Positions 51,547 through 60,572 of a stretch of 64,000 nucleotides of DNA are shown here, in pieces. The notes under the pieces were generated by a model. It was given only the letters and a program-made list of their open reading frames with translations. It was not told where the DNA came from and did not search any database. Position 1 is the first letter of the stretch; every line of letters begins with the position of its first letter. Origin of the DNA: Alphaproteobacteria bacterium (lineage in GTDB: Bacteria > Pseudomonadota > Alphaproteobacteria > Bin95); assembly GCA_963665325.3 (NCBI GenBank), contig CAXXWS020000003.1, positions 352,001-416,000 of the forward strand, in the 5' to 3' direction. Both the position numbers and the translations under genes were made by a program.

Positions 51547-51747
51547 TCACTCCTCTTCGACGACCGAAATCGCGAATTCGGGACAATTGTCGATAGCGAG
51601 CCGGGCCTTCTCTTCCAGACCGGGCGGCACGACGCCCTCGTTCAGCGCCTGCGACAGCCCGTAGTCATCGACCTCGAACAGGTCCGGCGCGAGCGCGAAA
51701 CAGCGGTTGTGGCCCTCGCAGAGATCGGGATCGACCTTGATTCTCAC
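51547..51747 (-). CDS. [3Fe-4S]-type ferredoxin (CxxHxxC...CP)
   Basis: CEGHNRC ... NCPE; directly upstream of the P450s. Confidence 0.92.
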   Translation of the reverse strand: MRIKVDPDLCEGHNRCFALAPDLFEVDDYGLSQALNEGVVPPGLEEKARLAIDNCPEFAISVVEEE

Positions 51748-51803
51748 AGCCCTCGGCGCTCCGCTCGCGTTTCCAGCCTGTCGGGGATGCTAGCACGCCC
51801 TGC

Positions 51804-51989
51804 TCAGTTCCTGAACAGGGCCGCGGCGCCGCCGATGGCGCCCTTCTTGCGCTCGCGCTCCTCATCAACGCGGTCGGCCTCGGCGCGGAGCCGGGCCGCG
51901 AGTTCCTCCAGGTCTCCCACCGAGAGCCGGGAGAGGTCGTCGCCGAGCGTGTAGCCGGGCGGGCGGGGCTTTTCGTCTTCGTCTTGCAT
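51804..51989 (-). CDS. DUF1192 family protein
   Basis: LGDDLSRLSVGDLEE..A.LRAE..R...AAALF. Confidence 0.85.
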   Translation of the reverse strand: MQDEDEKPRPPGYTLGDDLSRLSVGDLEELAARLRAEADRVDEERERKKGAIGGAAALFRN

Positions 51990-52046
51990 GGCCGGCCTCC
52001 GCTTGCGAATGTCGCCGGCCTTGCCATTTACCCGGAATGGACGCCA

Positions 52047-53042
52047 ATGGCCAACGCATTGCCCGCCGAAATGACCGTTATCGAAACCCCGTCGCCCGGC
52101 GGCCCGGAGGCGCTGGTGCCCGGCCGCCGCCCTGTGCCGACGCCCGGCCCCGGCGAGGTGCTGATCCGCATCGCGGCCGCCGGCATCAACCGCGCCGACT
52201 GCATGCAGCGCGCGGGCAGCTATCCGCTGCCGCCGGGCGCCTCCGACATCATCGGCCTCGAATGTTCCGGCACCGTGGCCGGCATCGGCGCGGGCGCCGC
52301 CGGCTGGGCCGTGGGCGACCCGGTCTGCGCGCTGCTCTCAGGCGACGGCTACTGCGAATACACCGCCGTGCCGGCCGCGCAGTGCATGGCGGTGCCCGAG
52401 GGCGTGGACCTCATCGACGCGGGCGGCCTGCCGGAGACCTACGCCACCGTCTGGGCCAATGTCTTCCAAGCCTGCGCGCTCCAGCCCGGCGAGACCTTCC
52501 TGGTGCAGGGCGGCTCCAGCGGCATCGGCACGACCGCCATCCAGCTCGCGAAGGCCTGGGGCTGCACGGTGCTGGCGACGGCCGGCAGCGCGGAGAAGGT
52601 CGCGGCCTGCGAGGCGCTCGGCGCCGACCGGGCGATCGACTACCGGAAGGAGGACTTCGTAGAAGCGGCGCGGGCCGCTGCGGGCGGCGCGGACGTCATC
52701 CTCGACATGGTGGGCGGCGACTATATCAACCGCCAGCTGGAGCTGCTGAACCATGGCGGCCGGCTCTGCTTCGTGGCCTTCATGCGGGGCTCGGAGGCGG
52801 AAGTGAATTTCGGCCTCGTCCAGCGCAAGCACCTCGTCGTGACCGGCTCGATGCTCAGGCCGCGCTCCGTCGAGGAGAAAGGGCAGATCTGCAAGGAGGT
52901 CTCGGACTATGCCTGGCCGCTGTTCGCCGACGGCGCGCTCCGCCCCGTCACCCACGCCCGCTTCCCCCTCGCCGAGGCCGCCGAGGCCCACCGGCTAATG
53001 GAATCGAGCGCGCATATCGGCAAGATCCTGCTGGTGCCCTGA
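52047..53042 (+). CDS. NAD(P)H-quinone oxidoreductase (PIG3 family)
   Basis: GINRAD.MQR.G.YP, GGSSGIG, MESSAHIGKI. Confidence 0.93.
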   Translation: MANALPAEMTVIETPSPGGPEALVPGRRPVPTPGPGEVLIRIAAAGINRADCMQRAGSYPLPPGASDIIGLECSGTVAGIGAGAAGWAVGDPVCALLSGDGYCEYTAVPAAQCMAVPEGVDLIDAGGLPETYATVWANVFQACALQPGETFLVQGGSSGIGTTAIQLAKAWGCTVLATAGSAEKVAACEALGADRAIDYRKEDFVEAARAAAGGADVILDMVGGDYINRQLELLNHGGRLCFVAFMRGSEAEVNFGLVQRKHLVVTGSMLRPRSVEEKGQICKEVSDYAWPLFADGALRPVTHARFPLAEAAEAHRLMESSAHIGKILLVP

Positions 53043-53084
53043 GGGGCATTTCCGCTCACCGAGGGTGGCGGGCTTCGAACGCGG

Positions 53085-54284
53085 TCACACCGCGCGGCGA
53101 AATGGCAGGAAATACGCAATGGCGCTGCCGGCAACGGCAAGCCCCCCGGCCAAGAAAAATGCCCGGCCGAGGTCATGGCTCCCCGCGATCCCGGCGATTA
53201 CCGCGCCGAGCGCACCCACGCCGTCCATGAACGTGAAGGCCATCCCCAGAGTGGTGGATTCGCGCTTGCCGGAGACATCGACCGCGGAAGCAAGCACCAC
53301 GGGCCTGATCGCTGTCAGCAGGGCGACCGCAATCGTCAGCGACAGCAGGAACGGCCAGAGCTGGTCGAGGCAGGAGGCGAGAATTCCGAACACCCCGGCT
53401 ATACCGAGCACCGTTACCAGCAGGAGCTTTCGTCCCACCCGGTCGGAGGCGTGGCCGACGAACGGCTGCAACACCGAGCCGGCGACCACCATCGCGGCGA
53501 ATGCTGCGCCGGTCTGCACGGTGGAGAGGCCGAGCACGGTGTGCAGATACAGGGGGGTCATGGCCAACGCCGCGAAGGCCGCCATGCTGTAGATCACAGC
53601 GAACCCGACGAGCCCGAACCCGATGGGGCTGCGCCAGCGTCTCAGCAGTGCCCTGAAATCTCTCAAGTCGAAACGGCGATCAGGCGAGGGGCCAATCCGT
53701 CGGACCATGGGGATGAACAACACCCCCATGACGAGCGCGGGCAACACCGAGATCTGCAGCACCGTGCGCCAGTCGAACCACACCAGCAGAAACCCCACCG
53801 CCAGGGGTGCAACCGCTTCGGCCCCGATGGTCCCGCCCATGGCATGGATGCCGAGCGCCCGCGCCTTGCGATCCGGCATCTTCTGGGTCAGCACTCCGGT
53901 GGCGACGGGATGCCAGGCGGCGTCGCCCATGACAGCAATCGCGAGCAGAATGACGAGCCACCAGTAACCGGGCGCCAGGGAGGCGATGAAGAAGCCGATC
54001 GCCACCCACCAGAAGGTCATCAGAAGCAACAGGCCGCGACTGCGAGTGTAGTCCCCGGCAAGCCCCGCGGGCAGATAGGCGAGCCCGCCGCCGATCCCCA
54101 TCAACGCGATCAGCAGCCCGACCCGGGCCGGCGTGAGATCCATGCCGACGGCAATGGCCGGGGTGAGCAGCAGGACGCTCCCGGCGGTCCAGTCATTGGC
54201 AAAATGGCCGAACGAGAACGTCGTGAGCAACAGACGTTCCTCGCGTCCGCGCCGTACCGAGCCGATCGCATCCGCGTGCGCCAT
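53085..54284 (-). CDS. MFS transporter
   Basis: ~12 TM, GHFAND, WHP, GHASDRVGRK motif A; start 54284 or GTG 54314. Confidence 0.88.
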   Translation of the reverse strand: MAHADAIGSVRRGREERLLLTTFSFGHFANDWTAGSVLLLTPAIAVGMDLTPARVGLLIALMGIGGGLAYLPAGLAGDYTRSRGLLLLMTFWWVAIGFFIASLAPGYWWLVILLAIAVMGDAAWHPVATGVLTQKMPDRKARALGIHAMGGTIGAEAVAPLAVGFLLVWFDWRTVLQISVLPALVMGVLFIPMVRRIGPSPDRRFDLRDFRALLRRWRSPIGFGLVGFAVIYSMAAFAALAMTPLYLHTVLGLSTVQTGAAFAAMVVAGSVLQPFVGHASDRVGRKLLLVTVLGIAGVFGILASCLDQLWPFLLSLTIAVALLTAIRPVVLASAVDVSGKRESTTLGMAFTFMDGVGALGAVIAGIAGSHDLGRAFFLAGGLAVAGSAIAYFLPFRRAV

Positions 54285-54436
54285 GTTTCCTCGAACCGTT
54301 CGCGCCTTGCTCACCTCACCTACACGACCGACAACGAGAACAGAAACGGTTAAGTCTATTTGCTAACGACAGTGCCGTCGTCCGCCGAAGCGCCGTTTTG
54401 CGCTATGCTCGCGGCCTCATTTCCGGGAGGTTCGGG

Positions 54437-55309
54437 ATGATCGCAGGACGCTGCCTTTGCGGGACCGCGCGCTTCGAGGTGGACGCCGTGCGCGACCTGT
54501 CGCACTGCCATTGCTCGATATGCCGCAAGCATCACGGCGCCGCCTTCGCCACCATGGCGCGGGTGCGGGAGGAGGCCTTCCGGTGGACGGCCGGCGAGGA
54601 GGCGGTCCGGCGCTACGAGTCCTCGCCGGGCTTCCACCGTTCCTTCTGCGGCACTTGCGGCTCGTCGCTGCCGGGACGCTCGCCGGCCGGGGGCTGGTTC
54701 GTGCCGGCCGGCCTCTTTGCCGATGACCCCGGCAAGCGCCCGAACGCGCACATTTTCGCCGCCTCGGCGCCGGCCTGGGACAGGATTTCCGACGACCTCA
54801 TCCGCTTCGACGGCTGGCCGCCGAACAAGGGGCTGCCGGAAATCGAGCGGGCCCGGCCGGAAGGCGTGCAGGGACTCGCCGGAAGCTGCGTGTGCGGAGG
54901 CGTCGTGTGGGAAGTGCTGGAGCCGTTCGGCCGCGTCCACAACTGCCATTGCTCGCGCTGCCAGAGGGCGCGCGCGGCTGCCCACGCGACAAACGGCTTC
55001 ACCTCCGCCGACGGCCTGCGCTTCGTCCGGGGCGGGGACCTCGCGGTTGAATGGAAACTGCCGGAGGCCCAGTTCTTCGCCGTCTCCTTCTGCCGCATCT
55101 GCGGCTCGGGCGTCCCCCGGCGCTCTCCGGAGCGCGGCCTCGCAGTCACGCCGATGGGGGCGCTGGACGACGATCCCGGACGCGGCGTGGACCGCCACAT
55201 CTACACCGGCTCGATGGCGCCCTGGCACGCGATTGCGGACGACCTGCCGCAATTCTCCGAGGCCGCGCCCGGCCCGATCCTGCCTCCCCGGCCTTTGCAA
55301 CCGGAGTGA
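54437..55309 (+). CDS. tandem GFA (CENP-V-like) domain protein
   Basis: Two copies of G.C.CG...CHCS.C....FC..CGS. Confidence 0.9.
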   Translation: MIAGRCLCGTARFEVDAVRDLSHCHCSICRKHHGAAFATMARVREEAFRWTAGEEAVRRYESSPGFHRSFCGTCGSSLPGRSPAGGWFVPAGLFADDPGKRPNAHIFAASAPAWDRISDDLIRFDGWPPNKGLPEIERARPEGVQGLAGSCVCGGVVWEVLEPFGRVHNCHCSRCQRARAAAHATNGFTSADGLRFVRGGDLAVEWKLPEAQFFAVSFCRICGSGVPRRSPERGLAVTPMGALDDDPGRGVDRHIYTGSMAPWHAIADDLPQFSEAAPGPILPPRPLQPE

Positions 55310-55359
55310 AACATCCTAAATCTCCCGCTGTCTCCTCCCCAACCGGAAGTGCCTCTCCA

Positions 55360-55971
55360 ATGGACATGCCCCTTATGCCGAAGGCGACAGCGGTCTGGCT
55401 GATCGACAATACGCGCCTCACTTTCGAGCAGATCGGCGCGTTTTGCGCCCTGCACATGCTGGAAGTGCAAGCGCTGGCGGACGGCGATATCGGAGACGGC
55501 ATCAACGGGCGCGACCCGCTTGCCAATGGTGAGCTAACCCGCGAGGAGATCGCCCGCTGCGAAGCCCTGCCGGACGGAAGGCTCGTCATGGCCAAGCGCG
55601 ACTCGCCGCGCGCCACGGCGCGCAGCAGCGGGCCGCGCTACACGCCGGTTGCCAAGCGCCAGGACAAGCCCGACGGTATCGCGTGGCTGCTCCGCAACCG
55701 CGCAGAACTCTCGGATGCGCAGATCGGCAAGCTGATCGGCACGACCAAGACCACCATCACCGCCGTGCGCGAACGCACGCACTGGAACGCCTCCAACATC
55801 CGCCCGCAGCACCCGGTCGATCTGGGTCTCTGCACCTATATCGACCTCGCTAGAGAAACCGCGAAGGCGCGCGCCAAGCTGCCCCCCGAAGAGCGCGAGG
55901 CGCTCGAAGCCGCCGACCGGCCCCAGCTCGAATCCCCGCCCGTCGAGGACGAGTCGCCGCTATTCGGCTGA
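55360..55971 (+). CDS. trcR: DUF1013 / TrcR cell-cycle transcriptional regulator
   Basis: PLMPKATAVWLIDNT.LTFEQI, RYTPVAKRQDKPD.IAW, IGTTK.TI, PVDLGLC. Confidence 0.88.
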   Translation: MDMPLMPKATAVWLIDNTRLTFEQIGAFCALHMLEVQALADGDIGDGINGRDPLANGELTREEIARCEALPDGRLVMAKRDSPRATARSSGPRYTPVAKRQDKPDGIAWLLRNRAELSDAQIGKLIGTTKTTITAVRERTHWNASNIRPQHPVDLGLCTYIDLARETAKARAKLPPEEREALEAADRPQLESPPVEDESPLFG

Positions 55972-56021
55972 CCGCCGCCTGGAACGGCCTGCCGGCCCTC
56001 GCCAAGGCCGGCATTCTGGCG

Positions 56022-56864
56022 ATGGCGGCGATGGCCGCGTTCACCGGCATGAGCATATGCATCCGCTTCGCTTCGGCGGAACTCCATCCGTTCCAGATCG
56101 TCTTCTTCCGCAACGTACTCGTGCTGGCCTTCATGGCCCCGTTCTTCCGGCGGCTGGACCTGTCGGCGCTCCGGCGGCCGGGTTTCCCCTGGCATCTCTA
56201 CGCGATGCGCGGCGCCTTCGGCACAGTGGGCATGATCTGCGGCTTCTGGGCGGTCATCATCATGCCGCTCGCCGATGTCACGGCGCTCTCGTTCACGATG
56301 CCGCTGTTCGCAACCGCCGGCGCGGCGCTGGTGCTGGGCGAGACCGTGCGCGCGCGGCGCTGGACCGCCATCGTCATCGGCTTCCTCGGGTCCATGCTGG
56401 TCCTGCGCCCGGATTTCTCGGGCCTGGGCCCGGGGGCCGGCCTTGCTTTCGCCAACGCGGTGATGATCGCCGCCTCAACGCTGGTCATCAAGCGGCTGGC
56501 GCACCGCGAACCGGTAGAGCGCATCGTGTTCCTCGCCTCGGCCATCATCGCGGCACTGTCGCTCGCGCCGGCGCTGTTCGTCTGGCGGTGGCCGAGCCTA
56601 GAAATCTGGGCCGTGCTTCTTGCGCTCGCCGGGGTCGCCTCGCTCGGGCATGTCGCATTCGTCCGCGCGCTCTCGCTGGCCGACCTGACAGTGGTCATGC
56701 CGTGGGAATTCACCCGCCTGCCGATGATGGTTCTGGTCGCCATGCTGATCTTCGACGAGACGCCGTCGGTGTGGGCGCTGGCGGGCGGCGGCGTGATCTT
56801 CGCTTCGACCTTCTACATCGTCCGGCGCGAGGCTCAGCTCGCCCGCCGGCCCGAGTCTAGATAG
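56022..56864 (+). CDS. DMT/EamA family transporter
   Basis: ELHPFQIVFFRN, LGETVR.RRW, PWEFTRL; frame extends upstream to CTG 55968. Confidence 0.9.
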   Translation: MAAMAAFTGMSICIRFASAELHPFQIVFFRNVLVLAFMAPFFRRLDLSALRRPGFPWHLYAMRGAFGTVGMICGFWAVIIMPLADVTALSFTMPLFATAGAALVLGETVRARRWTAIVIGFLGSMLVLRPDFSGLGPGAGLAFANAVMIAASTLVIKRLAHREPVERIVFLASAIIAALSLAPALFVWRWPSLEIWAVLLALAGVASLGHVAFVRALSLADLTVVMPWEFTRLPMMVLVAMLIFDETPSVWALAGGGVIFASTFYIVRREAQLARRPESR

Positions 56865-58279
56865 CGCCGGCCGCCGATTTCCAGCATGTCGATACGCGCC
56901 GAATAGGCGCCGGCGCCGGCCTCGAACGCCCGGCGCTCCGGCAGGCCGGGGCGCACCAGTGGCCCGCCGGCGACCGTTTCCGCCGATGCGATGCCGAATG
57001 TCGCCAACACGGTCGGCGCGATGTCGATGGGCCCGACCGCCGCTTTGGCCACTGCCGCCGCGGCAAAGTACGGCCCCCGCGCCGCCAGCAGGCAGGAAAG
57101 CTCCTTCGGATGCAGCCCGCCATGGATGCCGCCGAACTCCGGCGGGGGTGAGTCGTCAAGGCCGGCAAGCGCCCCGCCTGCAAAGCCCCAGCGGTTGTCT
57201 TCGTCGTCCTGACCGAGCGTATAGACGAGATGCGGCGTGCGCTCATGGTCGAGGCCGACCAGGCCGAGCGCGAAGCTGCCCGCCACATGGCCTTCGACTT
57301 CGTTCAGCCCCCGCGCGAACAGGAGACCCGCCCAGGGCTGCTCGCGCATCCAGTCCGCCAGCCGGGCGATTTTCCCGTCACGGCTCCGGACATTGCCGCA
57401 GGAGGAGGAAACCACGGCATAGTCGGTGTCGGCGTCCAGATGCGGCCCGGACCGGAACCCGGCGGCGCGCATTTCGGCCGCCACATCGATCTTTTCGCGG
57501 ATCGTCACCTGTCCGTGGTCGGAAAGCAGGATGACATTCCACCGGTCCCGGTCCGGTCTTCTGTCCAGAGCGGCCAGCACCCGCGCAAATTCCGCGTCCA
57601 CGCAGGCAAGCGCGTTGCGGCAGGCGTCGGAGCCGATGCCGGCATAGTGCATGGCGATATCCGGCTCGGAATACCAGATGACCGCGACATGCGGGTCATG
57701 CTTCGGGAACATTTCCTCCAGAAGCACGCGGGTCACGTAGCGGCAGCGCTCACTGTTCGGCAGCGCCTGCGCCGGCACCGGCCCGAAGCGGGCTTCTATG
57801 CCGGCATGGTCCGCGGCCGGTGTGCTGATCTTCGGTCCCTGCACGGAAAAGGTCGCCTGATTGCGCCCTCTTGCACGGGGATTGAGGCAGTAGGCATTAC
57901 CGGCCGTGCCGGAGGAAACGACGACATAGCGCTTGTCTGCCGCCGCCAGCCTGTCGCCCAGCGTGGGCGCGGCAACCAGCGCGTCGCCGAAATGCTCGAC
58001 CGCCGCCAGCAGGCCGTCGACCGGCGCGGTATTGATGAGCGGCCCGCCGCCCGGCGCGGTGAAGGTGTTGGCGATCTGCCCGTGCCGTGCGGGCCAGGCG
58101 CCGGTCGCGACGGTTGGCGTGACGACGCGGGTCTCGCTCGGGAATACTGTCCGCGCGTTCGGCCAGACACAGCCCTCGGCCATGAAGCGCGTCACGGTAG
58201 GGCAGGCCTCCTCCGAGATCATGTCGGGCCTGAGCCCGTCCATCGCCACGATCAGGAAACGCGGTTCGTCAACGGCCAT
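56834..58279 (-). CDS. alkaline phosphatase superfamily (NPP/phosphonoacetate hydrolase-like) protein
   Basis: AMDGLRPD, FPSETRV (Thr nucleophile), EPDIAMH, LSDHG, GIHGG. Confidence 0.88.
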   Translation of the reverse strand: MAVDEPRFLIVAMDGLRPDMISEEACPTVTRFMAEGCVWPNARTVFPSETRVVTPTVATGAWPARHGQIANTFTAPGGGPLINTAPVDGLLAAVEHFGDALVAAPTLGDRLAAADKRYVVVSSGTAGNAYCLNPRARGRNQATFSVQGPKISTPAADHAGIEARFGPVPAQALPNSERCRYVTRVLLEEMFPKHDPHVAVIWYSEPDIAMHYAGIGSDACRNALACVDAEFARVLAALDRRPDRDRWNVILLSDHGQVTIREKIDVAAEMRAAGFRSGPHLDADTDYAVVSSSCGNVRSRDGKIARLADWMREQPWAGLLFARGLNEVEGHVAGSFALGLVGLDHERTPHLVYTLGQDDEDNRWGFAGGALAGLDDSPPPEFGGIHGGLHPKELSCLLAARGPYFAAAAVAKAAVGPIDIAPTVLATFGIASAETVAGGPLVRPGLPERRAFEAGAGAYSARIDMLEIGGRRYLDSGRRAS

Positions 58280-58360
58280 ACGGACTCTCCCGCCCTGGGA
58301 CCCTCCTCCGCTACCATGCTCCTGCCGCAACCCGCAAGGCAGGCGCAGGATCGGCACGAA

Positions 58361-58419
58361 TATCCTTCCAAACGGTTGAATATCGATTCCGATGTCCGTA
58401 TGTTCAACCGAATGGTTGA
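58361..58419 (+). promoter_or_regulatory. promoter and palindromic operator(s) of the ArsR operon
   Basis: TTGAAT(58376)-N17-TATGTT(58399); TCAACC-GAAT-GGTTGA (58404-58419); degenerate second box 58361-58382. Confidence 0.65.
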
Positions 58420-58753
58420 GCAAGAACTGAATCGCGTCTTCCACGCGCTCGGCGATCCCACCCGCCGCGCCATCCTCGACCGTCTGGCGGCAGGGGAGGC
58501 GACCGTCAGCCATCTCTCGCGCCCCTTTCCCCTCTCGTTCGCCGCGGTGTCGAAACATCTCGGTGTGCTCGAACGCGCCGGCCTCGTGACGCGCGAAGCA
58601 CGGGGCCGGGAACGGGTGTGCCGACTCAACCCGGCTGTACTCGAAGACGCGCGCGCCTGGCTCGAGTTCCACCGGCGCTTCTGGACCGACCGCCTGGATG
58701 CGCTTGAGGCGCTTGTCGGGACTACGCAAAGCAGTCCGGATGACACGCAGTGA
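58412..58753 (+). CDS. ArsR/SmtB family regulator
   Basis: VFHALGDPTRRAIL, SFAAVSKHLGVLERAGLV, FW..RLDALE; start 58412 or 58400. Confidence 0.92.
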   Translation: MVEQELNRVFHALGDPTRRAILDRLAAGEATVSHLSRPFPLSFAAVSKHLGVLERAGLVTREARGRERVCRLNPAVLEDARAWLEFHRRFWTDRLDALEALVGTTQSSPDDTQ

Positions 58754-59208
58754 CAGAACTCGAACCTTCGGCGGCAGCCGCAGAACCAAATATCTACCTA
58801 ACGCTGCATCGCGTGATCGACGCGCCGGTGGAGGCGGTCTATGCCGCGTGGACCGAGCCGGAGATGTTGCGGCGATGGCTTGCGCCCGGGAACGCCTCGG
58901 TCGTGCGCGCGATCGCCGATGTCACGGTCGGCGGAGCATTTCTTGTCGAGATGCGCGGAGCGGACGGGCGGCGCTGGCTTACCCGCGGCGTATATCGGGA
59001 GGTCGTGCCCTGCCGTCGCCTGGTGCACACCTGGCGTTGGGAGGGCTGCGATGTCGAGTCCCTGGTCACCGTCGAATTCGAGCCGGGAACGCCCGGCACG
59101 ACGCGCCTGACCCTGACGCATTCCCGGTTCGCGCAAGTCGAGGCCCGCGACGAGCATGAGCAGGGCTGGGCCGGGTGCATCGCGAAACTGGAGACATTGT
59201 GGACCTGA
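58750..59208 (+). CDS. SRPBCC/AHSA1 domain protein
   Basis: RVIDAPVEAVYAAWTEPE..RRW, G.YREV.P..RLV.TW.W, HEQGW. Confidence 0.9.
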   Translation: MTELEPSAAAAEPNIYLTLHRVIDAPVEAVYAAWTEPEMLRRWLAPGNASVVRAIADVTVGGAFLVEMRGADGRRWLTRGVYREVVPCRRLVHTWRWEGCDVESLVTVEFEPGTPGTTRLTLTHSRFAQVEARDEHEQGWAGCIAKLETLWT

Positions 59209-60101
59209 TGAACGGGATCGCGCCAATAACTCGACCGGACTGGGTTTCGGACGAAATTTATCCTTTCGAGAGCCGGTATTTCGCCGCGCCGCCCGATCAT
59301 CGAATGCACTATATCGACGAAGGTGCGGGCGATCCTCTCGTGTTCGTGCATGGCAACCCGACCTGGTCGTTCGAGTTCCGCCATCCGGTCCGGGAGCTTC
59401 GTTCGCAGTTCCGCTGCATTGCGCCCGACCATATCGGCTTCGGGCTCTCCTCGCAGAGCGACCGGCACGAGGATTATCATCCGGAAAGTCACGCCCGCCG
59501 GTTCGCCGCATTGCTCGACCATCTCGACCTTTGCGACATCACGCTGTTCATGACCGACTGGGGCGGGCCGATCGGCCTCGACTTCGCACGCAGGCATCCG
59601 GAGCGCGTCAAGCGTCTCGTCATCGCGAACAGCTGGTGCTGGCCGGTCGGCGGCGACTTCCACTTCAGGTCGTTCAGCTTTCTGATGTCGAGCTGGATCG
59701 GCCAGTATCTGATCCGCCGCCGCAACATGTTCGTGAACAAGGTCATGCCGATGGCGGTCGGCGACCGGCGCGTCCTGACGCCGGAGGTCATGGCGCATTA
59801 CCGCAATGCGCAGCCCTCGCCCGCCGCCCGCACCGCCAATGCCGCGCTGCCAGGCTACATTGTCGGCGCGGGCGACTGGCTCGGCTCGATCTGGGACGAC
59901 CGCTCAGTCTTCGCGAACAAGTCGGCGCTTCTCCTCTGGGGGTTCAAGGATATCGCATTCCGGAAAAAGGAACTCGAACGGTGGAAGGCCGCGCTGCCCG
60001 ACCACCAACTCCACGAATTCGAGGACTGCGGGCATTTTCTCGCGGAAGAAGCGCCCAAAAGGGTTGTGTCGGCGCTTCGAGCCTTCATGACGCGCCCATA
60101 G
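59208..60101 (+). CDS. alpha/beta hydrolase, haloalkane dehalogenase/OleB-like
   Basis: YPFES, VHGNPTWS, DWGGPIG (Asp nucleophile), GHFLAEE. Confidence 0.85.
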   Translation: MNGIAPITRPDWVSDEIYPFESRYFAAPPDHRMHYIDEGAGDPLVFVHGNPTWSFEFRHPVRELRSQFRCIAPDHIGFGLSSQSDRHEDYHPESHARRFAALLDHLDLCDITLFMTDWGGPIGLDFARRHPERVKRLVIANSWCWPVGGDFHFRSFSFLMSSWIGQYLIRRRNMFVNKVMPMAVGDRRVLTPEVMAHYRNAQPSPAARTANAALPGYIVGAGDWLGSIWDDRSVFANKSALLLWGFKDIAFRKKELERWKAALPDHQLHEFEDCGHFLAEEAPKRVVSALRAFMTRP

Positions 60102-60125
60102 TCCCGGGCCAGAGAGTGCAGGAAC

Positions 60126-60572
60126 TCAGAACGGCTTTACGACGACCAGCAGCACGATTGCGAGCGTGAGCAGCGCCGGCACCTCGTTGGCGAGGCGGCA
60201 GTGACGGGCAGAGAGGGTGCGCACATCGTTCGCCAGCGCCTTCCGCCAGCGCGCGAAGACATGGTGCAGCCAGGAGAGCGCTGCGATCCCTGCCAGCTTG
60301 ATCCAGAGCCATCCGGCGAACCAGTCCATGTTGGGCGATACCCAGAGCAGCAGCCCGCCGAACAGGAAGGCCGCGATCATGGCCGGATTGACAATGATAC
60401 GGAGCAGGCGCCGCTCCATGCGCTTGAAACGCTCGCTGTCGGGCGCGCCCGGCTCGGTCTCCAGATGGTAGATGTAGAGGCGCGGCAGATAGAGCATCCC
60501 GGCCATCCAGAAGACGACCGCCGCGATATGCAGCGCCTTGATCCACGGGTAGAGCGCGAAGAGCCAGTCCAT
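60126..60572 (-). CDS. hemJ: protoporphyrinogen oxidase HemJ
   Basis: WIKALH, WMAGMLYLPRL..YH, MERRL, ANEVP, VVVKPF. Confidence 0.94.
   Translation of the reverse strand: MDWLFALYPWIKALHIAAVVFWMAGMLYLPRLYIYHLETEPGAPDSERFKRMERRLLRIIVNPAMIAAFLFGGLLLWVSPNMDWFAGWLWIKLAGIAALSWLHHVFARWRKALANDVRTLSARHCRLANEVPALLTLAIVLLVVVKPF

Noticed and set aside
48431-51664. 1077-aa plus-strand ORF with an internal repeat
   Set aside because: Antisense shadow of the duplicated P450 genes; stop codons are scarce in GC-rich DNA
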